Positions 26,370 to 37,270 of a stretch of 64,000 bases of DNA are shown in pieces. How positions within the stretch are numbered: the stretch's first letter is position 1; every line of letters starts with the position of its first letter. This DNA is from Calcarisporiella thermophila CBS 279.70 (taxonomy: Eukaryota > Fungi > Calcarisporiellomycota). Made by a program: the position numbers and the translations under genes. Under the pieces are notes generated by a model, which did no database searches, was not told the DNA's origin, and was given only the letters and a program-made list of their open reading frames with translations. The DNA is taken from contig NW_027192191.1 of assembly GCF_041956535.1 (NCBI RefSeq), positions 879,443 through 943,442 of the forward strand. The letters are read 5' to 3'.

Positions 26370-27205
26370 GTAAGTTTTGCGCTATTATTATCATCCTGGC
26401 TAGAGTGCATCGGAGGAGTATCGCCGTACCTGGTAATTTAGCAAGCCAGTTATGGTAAGCGTGCTAGATGCGCGCAACTCTTCTAATACTCTCATACCTG
26501 CCGCCTGTAAGTAACTATCCGAGATTCTCGTGGCATGAACCCACCTTTTAAAGGCATGAGAGAAACGTGGTACTAGAGATGAATTCGAAAAAGCCATCAT
26601 ACTTTTCAAGTGGATGCACGCAGAATGAGGATGCTGTAAGCCGATCTGAATCGCGCGAAAGTAGTCATGTAATAGGGAATCCCCAGATTCTTTGAAAAGC
26701 GGTGACGGCCAATGTCACCCCGACTGAGAACTGTTTTCAGCACTGTTATGGCTTGAAAGCTGCCTAAGAAAGAGACGAGCCTAAAAGACGATACCCATAG
26801 CGAGCTATCAGTCATTTTGCTACATAAGGCACCACCTCAAAGACCCCTATTTGTAAAGGAAGGCAGAACCAAGAACAAATGGACTTAATTTCGCATTATG
26901 AAACGGAATAGGGAGTCACTCAATAGAAAGAAATATAAGGACGCGATTTGGGAAGAAATCGACCTTTGGTACGTTTATGTGAGACGTAGCGCCCGCTCGC
27001 CCATCGTCTACCAACGACCGTGTGGACAAAAACCTCCGGCTACAGTCGGAATTCTGGATCCCCCAAAGCAAAAGGAAGCGCTCAACGTGGGGTCGAACCT
27101 TGAGATTAAGAGTCTCACGATCTATCGATTGAGCTAGTCGGGCTTTGCATTGTGTCGTGGCTCTCGTTAATGAATAACGACCCACTCTGTAACAGTTCTG
27201 CAGAC

Positions 27206-27526
27206 TGTTAATGATTCGGATCCTTAATTAATAATGAATCCAATTCAAGAGAATGAATAATGAATTCAAGAGAACGGATTATTACTAACTAAACAATAAC
27301 ACTATAGCAATTATCTTATATCCTCACCTTAATTAATAATGAAAACATATCGAGTATTAAATAAAGATGAATCTCTGGGAAAAAACCTTAAAAAACTCGT
27401 TTTCATGAGCATGTGATCAGTACGTAATAAAAGGAAAGCGGTATTAATTGTAAAAGGAGATAGAGGCTTGGTCGTGCTACACACTCGGCTAGCGAGGAAA
27501 ATAAGTTAACAAGTGCTTCCTTTACA
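27206..27526. mobile_element. Candidate 321-bp solo LTR (TG...CA) with 4-bp TSD AGAC
   Basis: agac|TGTTAA...TTTACA|agac; AT-rich interior with internal repeats (ccttaattaataatgaa x2, aattcaagagaa x2) and AATAAA. Confidence 0.55.
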
Positions 27527-28100
27527 AGACTAGTCAAATGACAGCCTTTAGATAGCCTTTAAATACTGTGACCCACATCGAAAATAGACCAGGGCTAAAC
27601 AACCAGCTAACAAATATAAAAGGAAATAACACATAAAATATACTAAATCGGTTGTGACCATCCATATCAAACTAAAGAAGTACAAAAGTGGTTTAGGCAT
27701 ATGAAACAATACCAAAATAGGTATACACATAAAGTGGCATATTTAGGGTTAGGTTGCATCGAATCATAAAAGGTTGAGCTGTTAGTTCAGTTTTGGTCTA
27801 GTTTCCTGGGCCAAGCTCTGTCTGTGTAGGTAATTACATCGCTGCCACAGCCGAGTCCGGCGTCGAGCCCAGGATGATGCTGGCCTGCACAACGCGTGAA
27901 CCCGTTTCTACTCCACCCACGACAAGCTGGAAACGGGTAACTGGTTACCGAGGAGTGCCCACTACAGTATGGACAATGGCTCTCCTATATTTGCTACAAC
28001 CAATGCAAGGAAAAATAATAAGCAAAATGAACAAAATATGCAGTAGTGGCAGTAGTAGTAATAGGAAGAAAAAGTAATAGTGGCAGGGAAGGAAGCCGCC

Positions 28101-28336
28101 TATAATAAACACCAAGTATCGAACTTAATATTTATTATAGCAAGGTAAGAAATAGTAAGTTCAGAAAATAAGATTATAAAATCCAATAAAGAAAATAAAA
28201 AGTTAATTCGAACTCCAAATTCCTACAAATTCGTTTTATACAATAACAATAGCAATTAATTAAGAATTTAGAAAACAACCAGTAAAATTAAGAAAGTATC
28301 GAAATTAAACCGAGGTCACATTCCAGTACTATTACA
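28101..28336 (-). mobile_element. 236-bp solo-LTR-like element, copy 2 (inverted), with 5-bp TSD CCGCC
   Basis: Exact reverse complement of 24751-24986 by manual comparison; flanked by ccgcc at 28096-100 and 28337-41. Confidence 0.88.
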
Positions 28337-28371
28337 CCGCCAAATCCAGGCGAGTGGCACCAAGAAAAAGA

Positions 28372-30021
28372 TCAGGACCGGATGATGTCAAATGGCGACT
28401 TTTTGCGGCAGGTTAGGTAGCCGTCGACCTTTTCGCATTTGAGGCTGCTGCCACAGTCGCTGTCCTTGGAGCAAATGCAAAAGGCGGTGATGGCACAGTG
28501 CTTAATGCCGGGTGATGGCGTGAGCTGGCTGGAGATTCCCTTAAGGCGACGAGCGAACCGGTTCTCGAAGGTACCGCGCGGGTCGAAGCGAGCCATGGCC
28601 TTGAGGAAATTCTTGCGGCCGGGCAAGCGGTCGTCGGTGAGGAATGCAGGCGTAAACCACACTGCACTGTTCTTGCCCCAGTGGGCGCGGGCTTGGTACT
28701 TATCGTACAGCATCTGCTGGATGGCGAGATAGACGCCGACGCTCATCTGAGGGTCTCTCCCATAATTCTCACGCCAAAACGAGGCAATCTGGAGGTGAAC
28801 CGACTCGCGGTCATGCGGCGCACTAAGGAACGACGAGGTGGCCGGCGAGAAGCGAAGCCAGAGACCAAAAGCGGGAAAGGCAGCGTATTCCTGCCTGAGG
28901 ATGGACTTAATGTCATCCACAGCGGCACTTAGACTTGATGCCGATATTGCCTGTTCGACGTCGAAAGGGACGCCCAATTGCGGAGAGGACCAGCCACACA
29001 TGCCTTCCTTGCACGCGTTGGTCATCATGCGATGACTAAAACCCGTCGAAGGGCTATGGTGGAACAAGTTGAGGTCATCGGAGAAGAAAGGCTGCCTGCC
29101 AGGAACCGTTTTGAACAGTGTAAGCTTGGTAAACTGTTCTAAGGCGGTAAGAGCGAGCTTGTTCTTCGTTGCTTGAATTAACTCCACTCCCATCCCGCCC
29201 GCTACGCGCACGGGCGGGGGCAACTCGGGCAAGAAGTTGGTGTGGTCGTTGCCCCTAGCCTCCACGCCCTTACGTTCGCCGCGCACTACGACGACGTCTT
29301 TGGACGACGGGTACCAGAACATCTCAAAGAACTCGTAGCGTTTGGCTTCGGCGTACGCCCTCCCGTCCGTCAGGATGGTATCGGGTTCGAGAGTCGTGGT
29401 GACCCTGAGCTTGAACGACGGAGTCACCTTGAAAGTGATGTCGGTCAAGATCCCCAGCAGCCCTAGGTTGCACCGAATTGCATCAAAGTCCGGATCGGCG
29501 TCGGTCACCTTGAGGATGTCGCCGTTGCCATCGACCAGCGTGACGGCCACGGCATAGTCGGACGGCATGGACGAGTGGACGAGCGACGAGCCGTGCGAAC
29601 CCGTACCCAGCAACCCACCCATGCTGACGTTGCCCAAGACGGGAAAGTGGTTGAGGGTGACGCCCTCAGCATGTAGCTTCTCCAGCGCGTCGACCAACTG
29701 CTCACCGGCGACGATGGTCGCCGTCATTTTGTCGGCGGACACCGTGACGCCCTTGAGGCCTTTCACGTCGATTGGAATGCCATCGGTGCAGATCACGTCG
29801 GTTATCGAGTGTTGGTTTGCAATGGCCTTGACCGTAAGATTCTTGCCAATGGCCTCGCGCACGATGTCCTGCACCTCGTCGGTCGAGGTAGGACGGCGGA
29901 TCTGGTGCTGCGTAGTGCAGACCATAGTGCCTTGGTAAGATTTGTAGGTGGTACCGGCCACCACTACCGCTAGTAAATGCAAGAGAATAAGGCGGTTGAA
30001 AAGCATGGCGGAGGGAAGCAT
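28372..30021 (-). CDS. Secreted FAD-linked aldonolactone oxidase (L-gulonolactone oxidase / ALO family, plant GulLO-like), intronless
   Basis: Signal peptide MLFNRLILLHLLAVVVAG, FAD_binding_4 motifs (QHS, GGLLGTGSHGSS, LGLLGI), C-terminal HWGKN and a Cys-rich CAITAFCICSKDSDC tail. Start ATG at 30021 or 30006. Confidence 0.85.
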   Translation of the reverse strand: MLPSAMLFNRLILLHLLAVVVAGTTYKSYQGTMVCTTQHQIRRPTSTDEVQDIVREAIGKNLTVKAIANQHSITDVICTDGIPIDVKGLKGVTVSADKMTATIVAGEQLVDALEKLHAEGVTLNHFPVLGNVSMGGLLGTGSHGSSLVHSSMPSDYAVAVTLVDGNGDILKVTDADPDFDAIRCNLGLLGILTDITFKVTPSFKLRVTTTLEPDTILTDGRAYAEAKRYEFFEMFWYPSSKDVVVVRGERKGVEARGNDHTNFLPELPPPVRVAGGMGVELIQATKNKLALTALEQFTKLTLFKTVPGRQPFFSDDLNLFHHSPSTGFSHRMMTNACKEGMCGWSSPQLGVPFDVEQAISASSLSAAVDDIKSILRQEYAAFPAFGLWLRFSPATSSFLSAPHDRESVHLQIASFWRENYGRDPQMSVGVYLAIQQMLYDKYQARAHWGKNSAVWFTPAFLTDDRLPGRKNFLKAMARFDPRGTFENRFARRLKGISSQLTPSPGIKHCAITAFCICSKDSDCGSSLKCEKVDGYLTCRKKSPFDIIRS

Positions 30022-30389
30022 GTCACGTTTGACCGAGAGAAGAGGAGGCGTGACGGAGAAAAGCGAGAAGATATAGACAGTTCGGTTAGGAGAGCAGCAT
30101 CTGTCAGAACCGTAAAAGTAAAACAACCCATTGGTGATACTGAAAGTGACGGCGAAATCGCCGTTGGACGGGTGTCTAGGTGTCAAAATAATAGCCGATC
30201 ATGTTTCTATTAGCACTGGTGGGTCTCAAGTTCAGCAAAGCGACATGGGATTCACATTTGAATGAAAGCTCCGGCGCCATCCAAGTGCGAACATGGTAGG
30301 CGGTCGAACTCGAGTTTCGCCATTGGTGGTCTCCACCAGTGTGCACGTAGAATCTACCTCGGATTAATATCGCAAGATTGGTCTCGAAA

Positions 30390-31520
30390 CGCGAATCGGA
30401 AACCATATAGGTCCGCCGAGACGAAGTCGGTGGAGCTATCCTTCAAAGACGGAGTAGATATTGCAGAAATCCTTTAGAAAGGATTCTTTGTTGACGAGAG
30501 GCGTGTCCCAGCCACAAAAGTCTATAGCCATAAAAAAATAATCGTTCGAATCAACGCACAAGGCCTTCCAATCCAAAAGGAGGAGGATTTTGCAGACAAG
30601 ATCGAATAAAGCTTCAAGATTTTCGGAAAGATATTTGACATCAGATTCGACGGAATCACCTACAAAGAGAGGAGATTCATAACAGATAGAGCAGCTGTAT
30701 ACCTCGACATAACGGAGAACCCAGAAACCATGGAATATATGCCCAGACAAATCTAAATCGATGATGCTCAAGTAATTCTCGATTGGCGAGGGGCCCCCAT
30801 TTTCTGCAGATACTGCAGGAAAGAAGGACACAGAGTGCAAGTATGCCCCTACAGTAACAGACAAGAAAGAATTCCGGAACAGCAAGGAAAATCAACCAAC
30901 CAAGGACCTACGCCAAAAAACCCGCCAACTCAGCGACAAGAAAGCATCGACACGAACACAACCTCGGACTCCGATGGCTTCGAGGTAGTGAGATCCAGGA
31001 AGAAAAGAGGATAAAAGAGAACGGCCACAACCCCTGAACCAGACAGAAGAATCCGTCCTCTAAGGACACCAAATACCCTTAGATCAACTTCAATCGAACC
31101 AACGCAACCAACCGAACAGACTCATTCGGACACCCAGGAAAATCACCAAAATTGTCGAGGAAGAATTCAAGAAGCGCATATCTAATAAAACGATAAAGAG
31201 AATACTCAAGAAGCTCAATGTAAAGCCACTGTCAAATCGTGAGAAATCATAACAGCTATCACGATAGTTCTTGATATACATAATATATCAAGAGCCTCTC
31301 GGGTAGACTCTTTATATTATTGGACTAATGACAGTCTGAATGTGCATTGTCGGCTGAAGCTGCAGAGCCCTCGAAGATCCCAGAGGTTGGTTGAGCACTT
31401 GTGCCCAGCTGAGGTCTCATTAGTGAAGTGAATCTCACGCTTATTCCATAAAACTCCCTATCTGGCGAAGCCACGGCTTCAGTGAAGCGATATTAGTTTG
31501 GATATACAAACATCTTTGTA
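30390..31520 (+). mobile_element. Degenerate non-LTR retrotransposon (L1/Tx1-like) remnant: ORF1 with zinc knuckle plus a structured 3' region
   Basis: Plus-frame translation ...VRINAQGLP...LDWRGAPIFCRYCRKEGHRVQVC (CX2CX4HX4C at 30805-30846) with in-frame stops. A-rich sense strand; boundaries approximate. Confidence 0.7.
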
Positions 31521-31938
31521 AGGAGTTAACAGTTCACCTAGTAAATACTCTTTGATAATCACTTTGTAATAGCTCAAAGCTCTGGTAACTGCGATCATTT
31601 TCTTTATAGACGACTGCCAAATATTAGTGATTTAATATTTCATTTAAGTGCCTATACGTCATTCTTCAAAGCAATAATTATTGCAAGCAAATGTTAAAAA
31701 AACTTTTACCTTAACCGGCAAATATAACAGTGCTGATGTGTATAAAATTCCACGAAATATTGAATATTATTTGCCAAGCCTTGTGGAAACCCAACTTTGG
31801 TAATACTTCTTTTCTTCTCATGCTTCAAATCCTTCGAGTATATAAAGTAGTAAATAATCCATTAAAAATTAGTAGAATTCTGGTCCCAATTCTCGCAATC
31901 ATCTATTTCTCATAGTACTTCGAGAGTTCCTCTGATAA

Positions 31939-34900
31939 ATGGCATCACTCTCTTCAAAAGGTCAGGAAATACCAAGCGGGGACATGAACTTCAAATCGAG
32001 TGTTAGGATGCCTGAGTTCACTGGTATAGTTGACATACACAACTACTCTTTACTTCTTTCAACTTTAAAATTTCTAAACTTATAGCATCCAATCTCATTG
32101 GTGATAATTTGAAAAAATATGTCCCTAATCGCTATTACAATGAGCATTTCTTTGGTGTACCAAAAGTGAATGGAGCTTTCATTGACCGCCCAAGTATCTG
32201 GAATAAAATGACAAACACTCCAGCTAAAGAAACCAGCTCCGTAAAGAGAGTGATTTTAGCGCTAAATGGGCGTGGTGGTGCAGGCAAAACTCAACTTATG
32301 CTTCGATACTGCTACTATCATCGTGATCAATATGACTTCATATTCTGGCTTAGAGCCGACAACTGGATGCTGACAGCAAATTCAATTCGGAGTTTAGCTA
32401 TCAACCTCGGTTTTGATGAGAGGGCTTTTGAGGAAGAATATGCGGATGAAAAGATGATCAAATGGGTTCGTGGCTGGCTTGAGAGAACACCGAGATGGCT
32501 ACTACTCCTTGATAATGCTGATAGCCAGGTACTTGGAAGACTTCCAGACGTTCTACCGCGTCAGGGAGGGACTATTATTTTGTCTACACGTGAGACGGTT
32601 TCAATGGAAGAGGCTGTAGTGATTCACGTCGATAAAATGGAAGAAGAAGAAGCACTCTCACTCCTCCACCAGGGTTCTACAATGGAGTCTATCAACGTAG
32701 AAACTACAAAATTTCATATAGCTAAAGAGCTCGTCGCAGAACTCGAGTATATGCCACTCGCAATTGAGCTCGCACGGGCGTTTATTAAAAACACAAGTCA
32801 GCACTTCCAAGAATACCTAGCACTTTTCAAGAGGTGTCGAGATAGAATGTTTCCAACCATCCACCAAGACTCCCCTGATCCGCATGACCGAAACATAGCA
32901 ACTATTTGTAATATTTTATTCGAGCACTTGCGAAGAGTAGATCCTATCGCAATGAATATTCTCGAAATATGTGCTTTCCTACAACCCAATAACATTCCCG
33001 TGCAATTTTTTGGACGACAATTTTCTAGACTCAAGTTGGATTCTACCCTCCTCGCTTCTTTTAAGAGAGGTTTGAACGTCGATTTTCCTTGTACTGTTAG
33101 CACCTCCTTAGATACAATCAGCACATTTTCATTGGCTAGTTTCGATAATAATGATAAGAGGTGCAAAGCAACTGTATTTACCATACATCCTCTGGTTCAA
33201 AAAACAATATACGAGGATATGAGCGAGGAAAGAAGAATGCATTTGGTTCTTAATCTCGCCGATGCTCTCGACATTGAAACTGAGTTTAACTGCGTATACA
33301 ATCCACATTCACGAGAAATTATGGACGTCTATGCACAGCATATTCTTCATTTTGCTTCAGTGTTCAATAATTCCTACCAAAATGAACCCGTGTCTGAGAG
33401 ATTCTGTAGTCTATTAAACCGAACGATTTATTTTCTATTGCATTCCGGTTTTCTTGTTGGCTTGGAGCGATTGTCAGAGTTTTCAGTCTTGGCTTCACAG
33501 TCAATATACGAAAGTGAGCACACGGAAATAGCGACCTCATTGAATAATCTTGCTACGCTCTTTCGTTATCAGAGTGATTATGCCAGGGCCGAGCAGCTTT
33601 ATGAAAAAGCATTGGCTATTCGAGAGAATATATTGGGACTAGAGCACTCGAAATCAGCAACCTCTTTAAACAACCTAGCCTGTCTTTATCATTACCAATT
33701 TGACTTCGATAGAGCTCTGCTATTGTTTCAAAGAGCTTTGACTATCTACGAGAGATCACTAGGATACGAACATCCATTTACAATAACCATACTGAACAAT
33801 CTCGCCGAATGCCACAACGACCAAGGAAACTACGATAGAGCGGAGCCATTGTACCAAAAGTTACTGGCCATTGACGAAAAGCTGTCGGGATCGGAACACT
33901 TGGCCACTGCTGTATCTCTGAGTAATTTGGCTGACATATACCAGAGCCAGTATAAATGCTCGAGTGCTGAGCCGCTTTACACTAAAGCTCTGAGTATTAA
34001 AGAGAAATTGCTAGGACGTGATCATCTCAATGTGATTGACTCTCTGAACGATCTCTCTTCACTCTACCATGTCCAAGGAAATTTTAACAAAGCCTCGAGT
34101 ATATCCACTCAGAGCCTTAGGATTTCGAGCAATCTATCAGATATTGAGAACACATGTATGGATTTTCTCTACACTTTATATGAACAGGCTGGGTTCTATC
34201 ATGATTTGAAGGAGTACAACAAAAACGAGCACATTTATCAGCGTTCACTTGCAACTGAAGAGATTGTATTGGAATTTGAGCATCCACTCCCCACAAAATC
34301 CTTAAAACACCTTGCCCATCTATTCTATCAGGCGAGAAATATGGACGATAAAGCCGAACCGATATATATGAGGGTTTTGGAAGCCCAAGAAAAGATTTTA
34401 GGGACAGAGCATCCATACGTAGCAATATCACTTGACAGTCTGGCGGAGTTCCATCGATATAAGGAGAACTACGATAAAGCAGAACCTTTTTACGAGCGAG
34501 CACTGGAAATTCGCGAAAAGGCGTGGGGCTCTGATCACATATTCTTAGCAAATTCCCTTGACAATCTTGCCTGGGTTTGTCTTGGACAAGATAATAATAG
34601 CAAGGCCGATCCACTTTATCAGCGAGCACTAGAAATTATTGATAGAAACTTTGGACCTGAACACCCTGACACGATAAGATATCTAGAAGATATGATCACG
34701 TGTTATTTATCCTATGGCAAAAGGGAGCAGGCCGAATTATTGCATTGTCGTCTACTTTCGACCCAAGAGAAGCAATTGGAATCCAGTTGTCCAAATGAAT
34801 TGAATTTTGACATTATATACACAATCCCGGGGACTTTTGAGAGAGCCAAATTACTATATCAGCGACTACTTATTGCGCAAGAAACTCTCTTGGGTTCTGA

Positions 34901-35840
34901 ACACAAAGACGTAGCAAAGCGTGTAGAAGAGCTAGCTTATTACTACAAATACAATAGAAAATACGAGGAATATGAATCACAACTCCAGCGAGCGATGGCA
35001 ATTCGGGAAAAATCGCATGGATTGGTACATCCCGATACAAGGAGATCTCTAGGAATGTTGGTTAGGCACTATTGTGACCAAAGTGATTATGAAAAGGCTG
35101 AATCAATTCTACACAGAGCTTACGGGATTCTGGAAAGTGAATTGGGACCTGATCATCCGGATACGAGAGATATGTTGCAAGATTTTGCTAAACTTTATTA
35201 CAACAAAGGTGACCTCTATAGAGCTGAAATTTTCTACAAACGTATGTTGGAGATTTCCGAGAAAGAGTTTGGGCACGATCATCCAGATAACGTGGATTAT
35301 ATCAACAAACTTGCCAGTTTCTATTGCGACAAAAAAGATTACGGTAATGCGGAACTACTCTACCAACGCTCTTTAGATATCAACGCGAAAACACTTGGTC
35401 CAGATCCGGAAACAGTAGTTTCTATGAATCGGCTGGCAGAATTTTACCTCGAACAGAAAGAGCTTGAAAAATCGGAAACGCACTATAAGAACTCCTTGGA
35501 GATCACTGCAATAATCGAAGGACCAGATACTTTATATTCAGCGAGAATCCAACTGAAGCTTGCCTCGATATATCGTCAATGGGGTCAGTATGAGAAAGCC
35601 GCGTCACTCTATCAACAATCGCTGTCCGTCTTCGAACATATATTTGGATCGAATGATGAGGATACAATAACCATTTTATGTGACCTGGGAACACTATATC
35701 AGAAATGGGGGTACCATACGATGGCCCAGTCATTTTTTAAGCGAGTGTTGGAGTTCCGTGAAAAAACGCTTGGGACCGACCATTCTGACACGAACCATAT
35801 ACGAGCACTTTTAGAAAATATTGAAATACATAATGACTAG
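31939..35840 (+). CDS. Fungal NLR-like STAND protein: NB-ARC + TPR (42-aa kinesin-light-chain-type repeats); exons 31939-32023 and 32086-35840
   Basis: Walker A GRGGAGKTQL, Walker B WLLLLDNAD, IILSTR, YMPLAI and IHPLVQ, followed by many xHPxxAxSLNNLA...Y.RAL repeats. A phase-1 GT-AG intron at 32024-32085 links an upstream ATG exon in frame. Confidence 0.9.
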
Positions 35841-37040
35841 TTTCCATAGATCCTGTCGATAATGTATCTTAACCTTTCTCTTTTTATTTGTAATATCACC
35901 TTTATTTATAATTTATACAAACTATAATTGATGTACTTCTATCGAGTTGTGGAAACCAACTTTTTCGCATTTGCACGGATTTTTCTGGATGTTGGTGATG
36001 CAGGAGTATTCAATATTTACAATTGAATCCAGCCGATTTAAATTTAATTGAGCCAAGTGGCTCAATGTAAATTGGTAGATAGATAGGTATAGTTACAGTA
36101 TACTAGGCTCAATATGAAATTTCTGTGACTTTTTTTCAGTGTCGCTCAATGTTAAACGTGCATCTAAACATATTTAGCTTTGTTTTGAGGCAATTCAGCA
36201 TGTTTATTTTTCTTGCATCAGTTGTGGTATCTATTCGATATCTGAGGCATGCGGATGAATTTCTTCGAGCTATAGATCACTTTGAGCTATGAGCTTCTCA
36301 GTCATTTCCTACCCCTCTTCGATCTATTAACTTGAACATTAAACACAAGTTTTAATAAAAGTTAGTATATACTATATTTTAATGTCGTTATTACAATAGA
36401 TGCGATTCTAACGCATTTAATTAAGACTGTTGCTGCAATGCAGATGCTAATGAAGTCCCATGCTCAATTATTTTCGGCCGTTGGATATAAGGTCACATTT
36501 GGGGAATCTTCGTTGTATTGATGATTAAAAAGTATATTAGAATTGGTTGATGAAAGCTTTTACAGAACCTTCATGTTGAGGATTTTGGCGAAATAGGAGT
36601 TATGGATAGGTCGGATAAGGGGTAAAGGCAAGCAAAGCAAGTAGCTAGAACGGATAGAGTGCCATGTTTAAGTGGTGAACATTTATATTAAAGAATGATG
36701 CATGTTACTATGAGATTTGCATCCTCTCCTCATTATGTAGAAGTTACTCCCGTCGATATCTGATATATCCTCATGCTTGTAATTGCCCTCATGCAAAATT
36801 ATTAAATATTTGTAACAGCACAAATGATCAAACAAAATTTTCTTGAATATGAAAGAATATGACCATACATATAACAAATAAAGCCAAATGACCATACAAT
36901 GAATCGCAAGCAAATACTGGGCATTATAATTAACCTAATATGAAAACCAAAGCAATCTTTGATTATGATAATTATACTATTAGTTTATTGAAATAGCATT
37001 TCCCAAAATTTGTAATGAATGGTTCAAAAAACAGCAAAAA

Positions 37041-37270
37041 TTATTCATTTACACACAGATTGCCATGGGGCGTATTAAACAATCCCACAACGCTAACAGT
37101 ATTACCACAAATATTGGCATCTACTCTGACTGGGACCTGGACAACATCTCCACTCACGACTCCGAGGGTTTCCCATCCGCTGGATGACCTCTTATCTCTA
37201 ACGGTGCTCCTTTCGATTGCGTAGCAAAAAATAAAAGAAAGAAACCAGCATATACTGGAGTATATTTCAT
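37041..37270 (-). pseudogene. Chaplin (DUF320/ChpA-H)-like small secreted amyloid protein; one frameshift between the signal/propeptide and the chaplin domain
   Basis: ATG frame: MKYTPVYAGFFLLFFATQSKG-APLEIRGHPADGKPS. The -1 frame continues GVVSGDVVQVPVRVDANICGNTVSVVGLFNTPHGNLCVNE*, matching the chaplin consensus PGVLSGNVVQVPVHVPVNVCGNTVSVVGLLNPAFGNxCxN. Confidence 0.85.

Noticed and set aside
24751-28336. One DNA transposon with 236-bp TIRs enclosing 3.1 kb
   Set aside because: Each repeat has its own distinct TSD and the outer flanks (GCAAT vs CCGCC) do not match, so these are two separate insertions.
37166-37175. GGGAAAC as a programmed -1 frameshift site rescuing the chaplin
   Set aside because: The heptamer is read GGG-AAA-C in the signal-peptide frame, not X-XXY-YYZ, so it is in the wrong phase for canonical -1 slippage; an indel is simpler.
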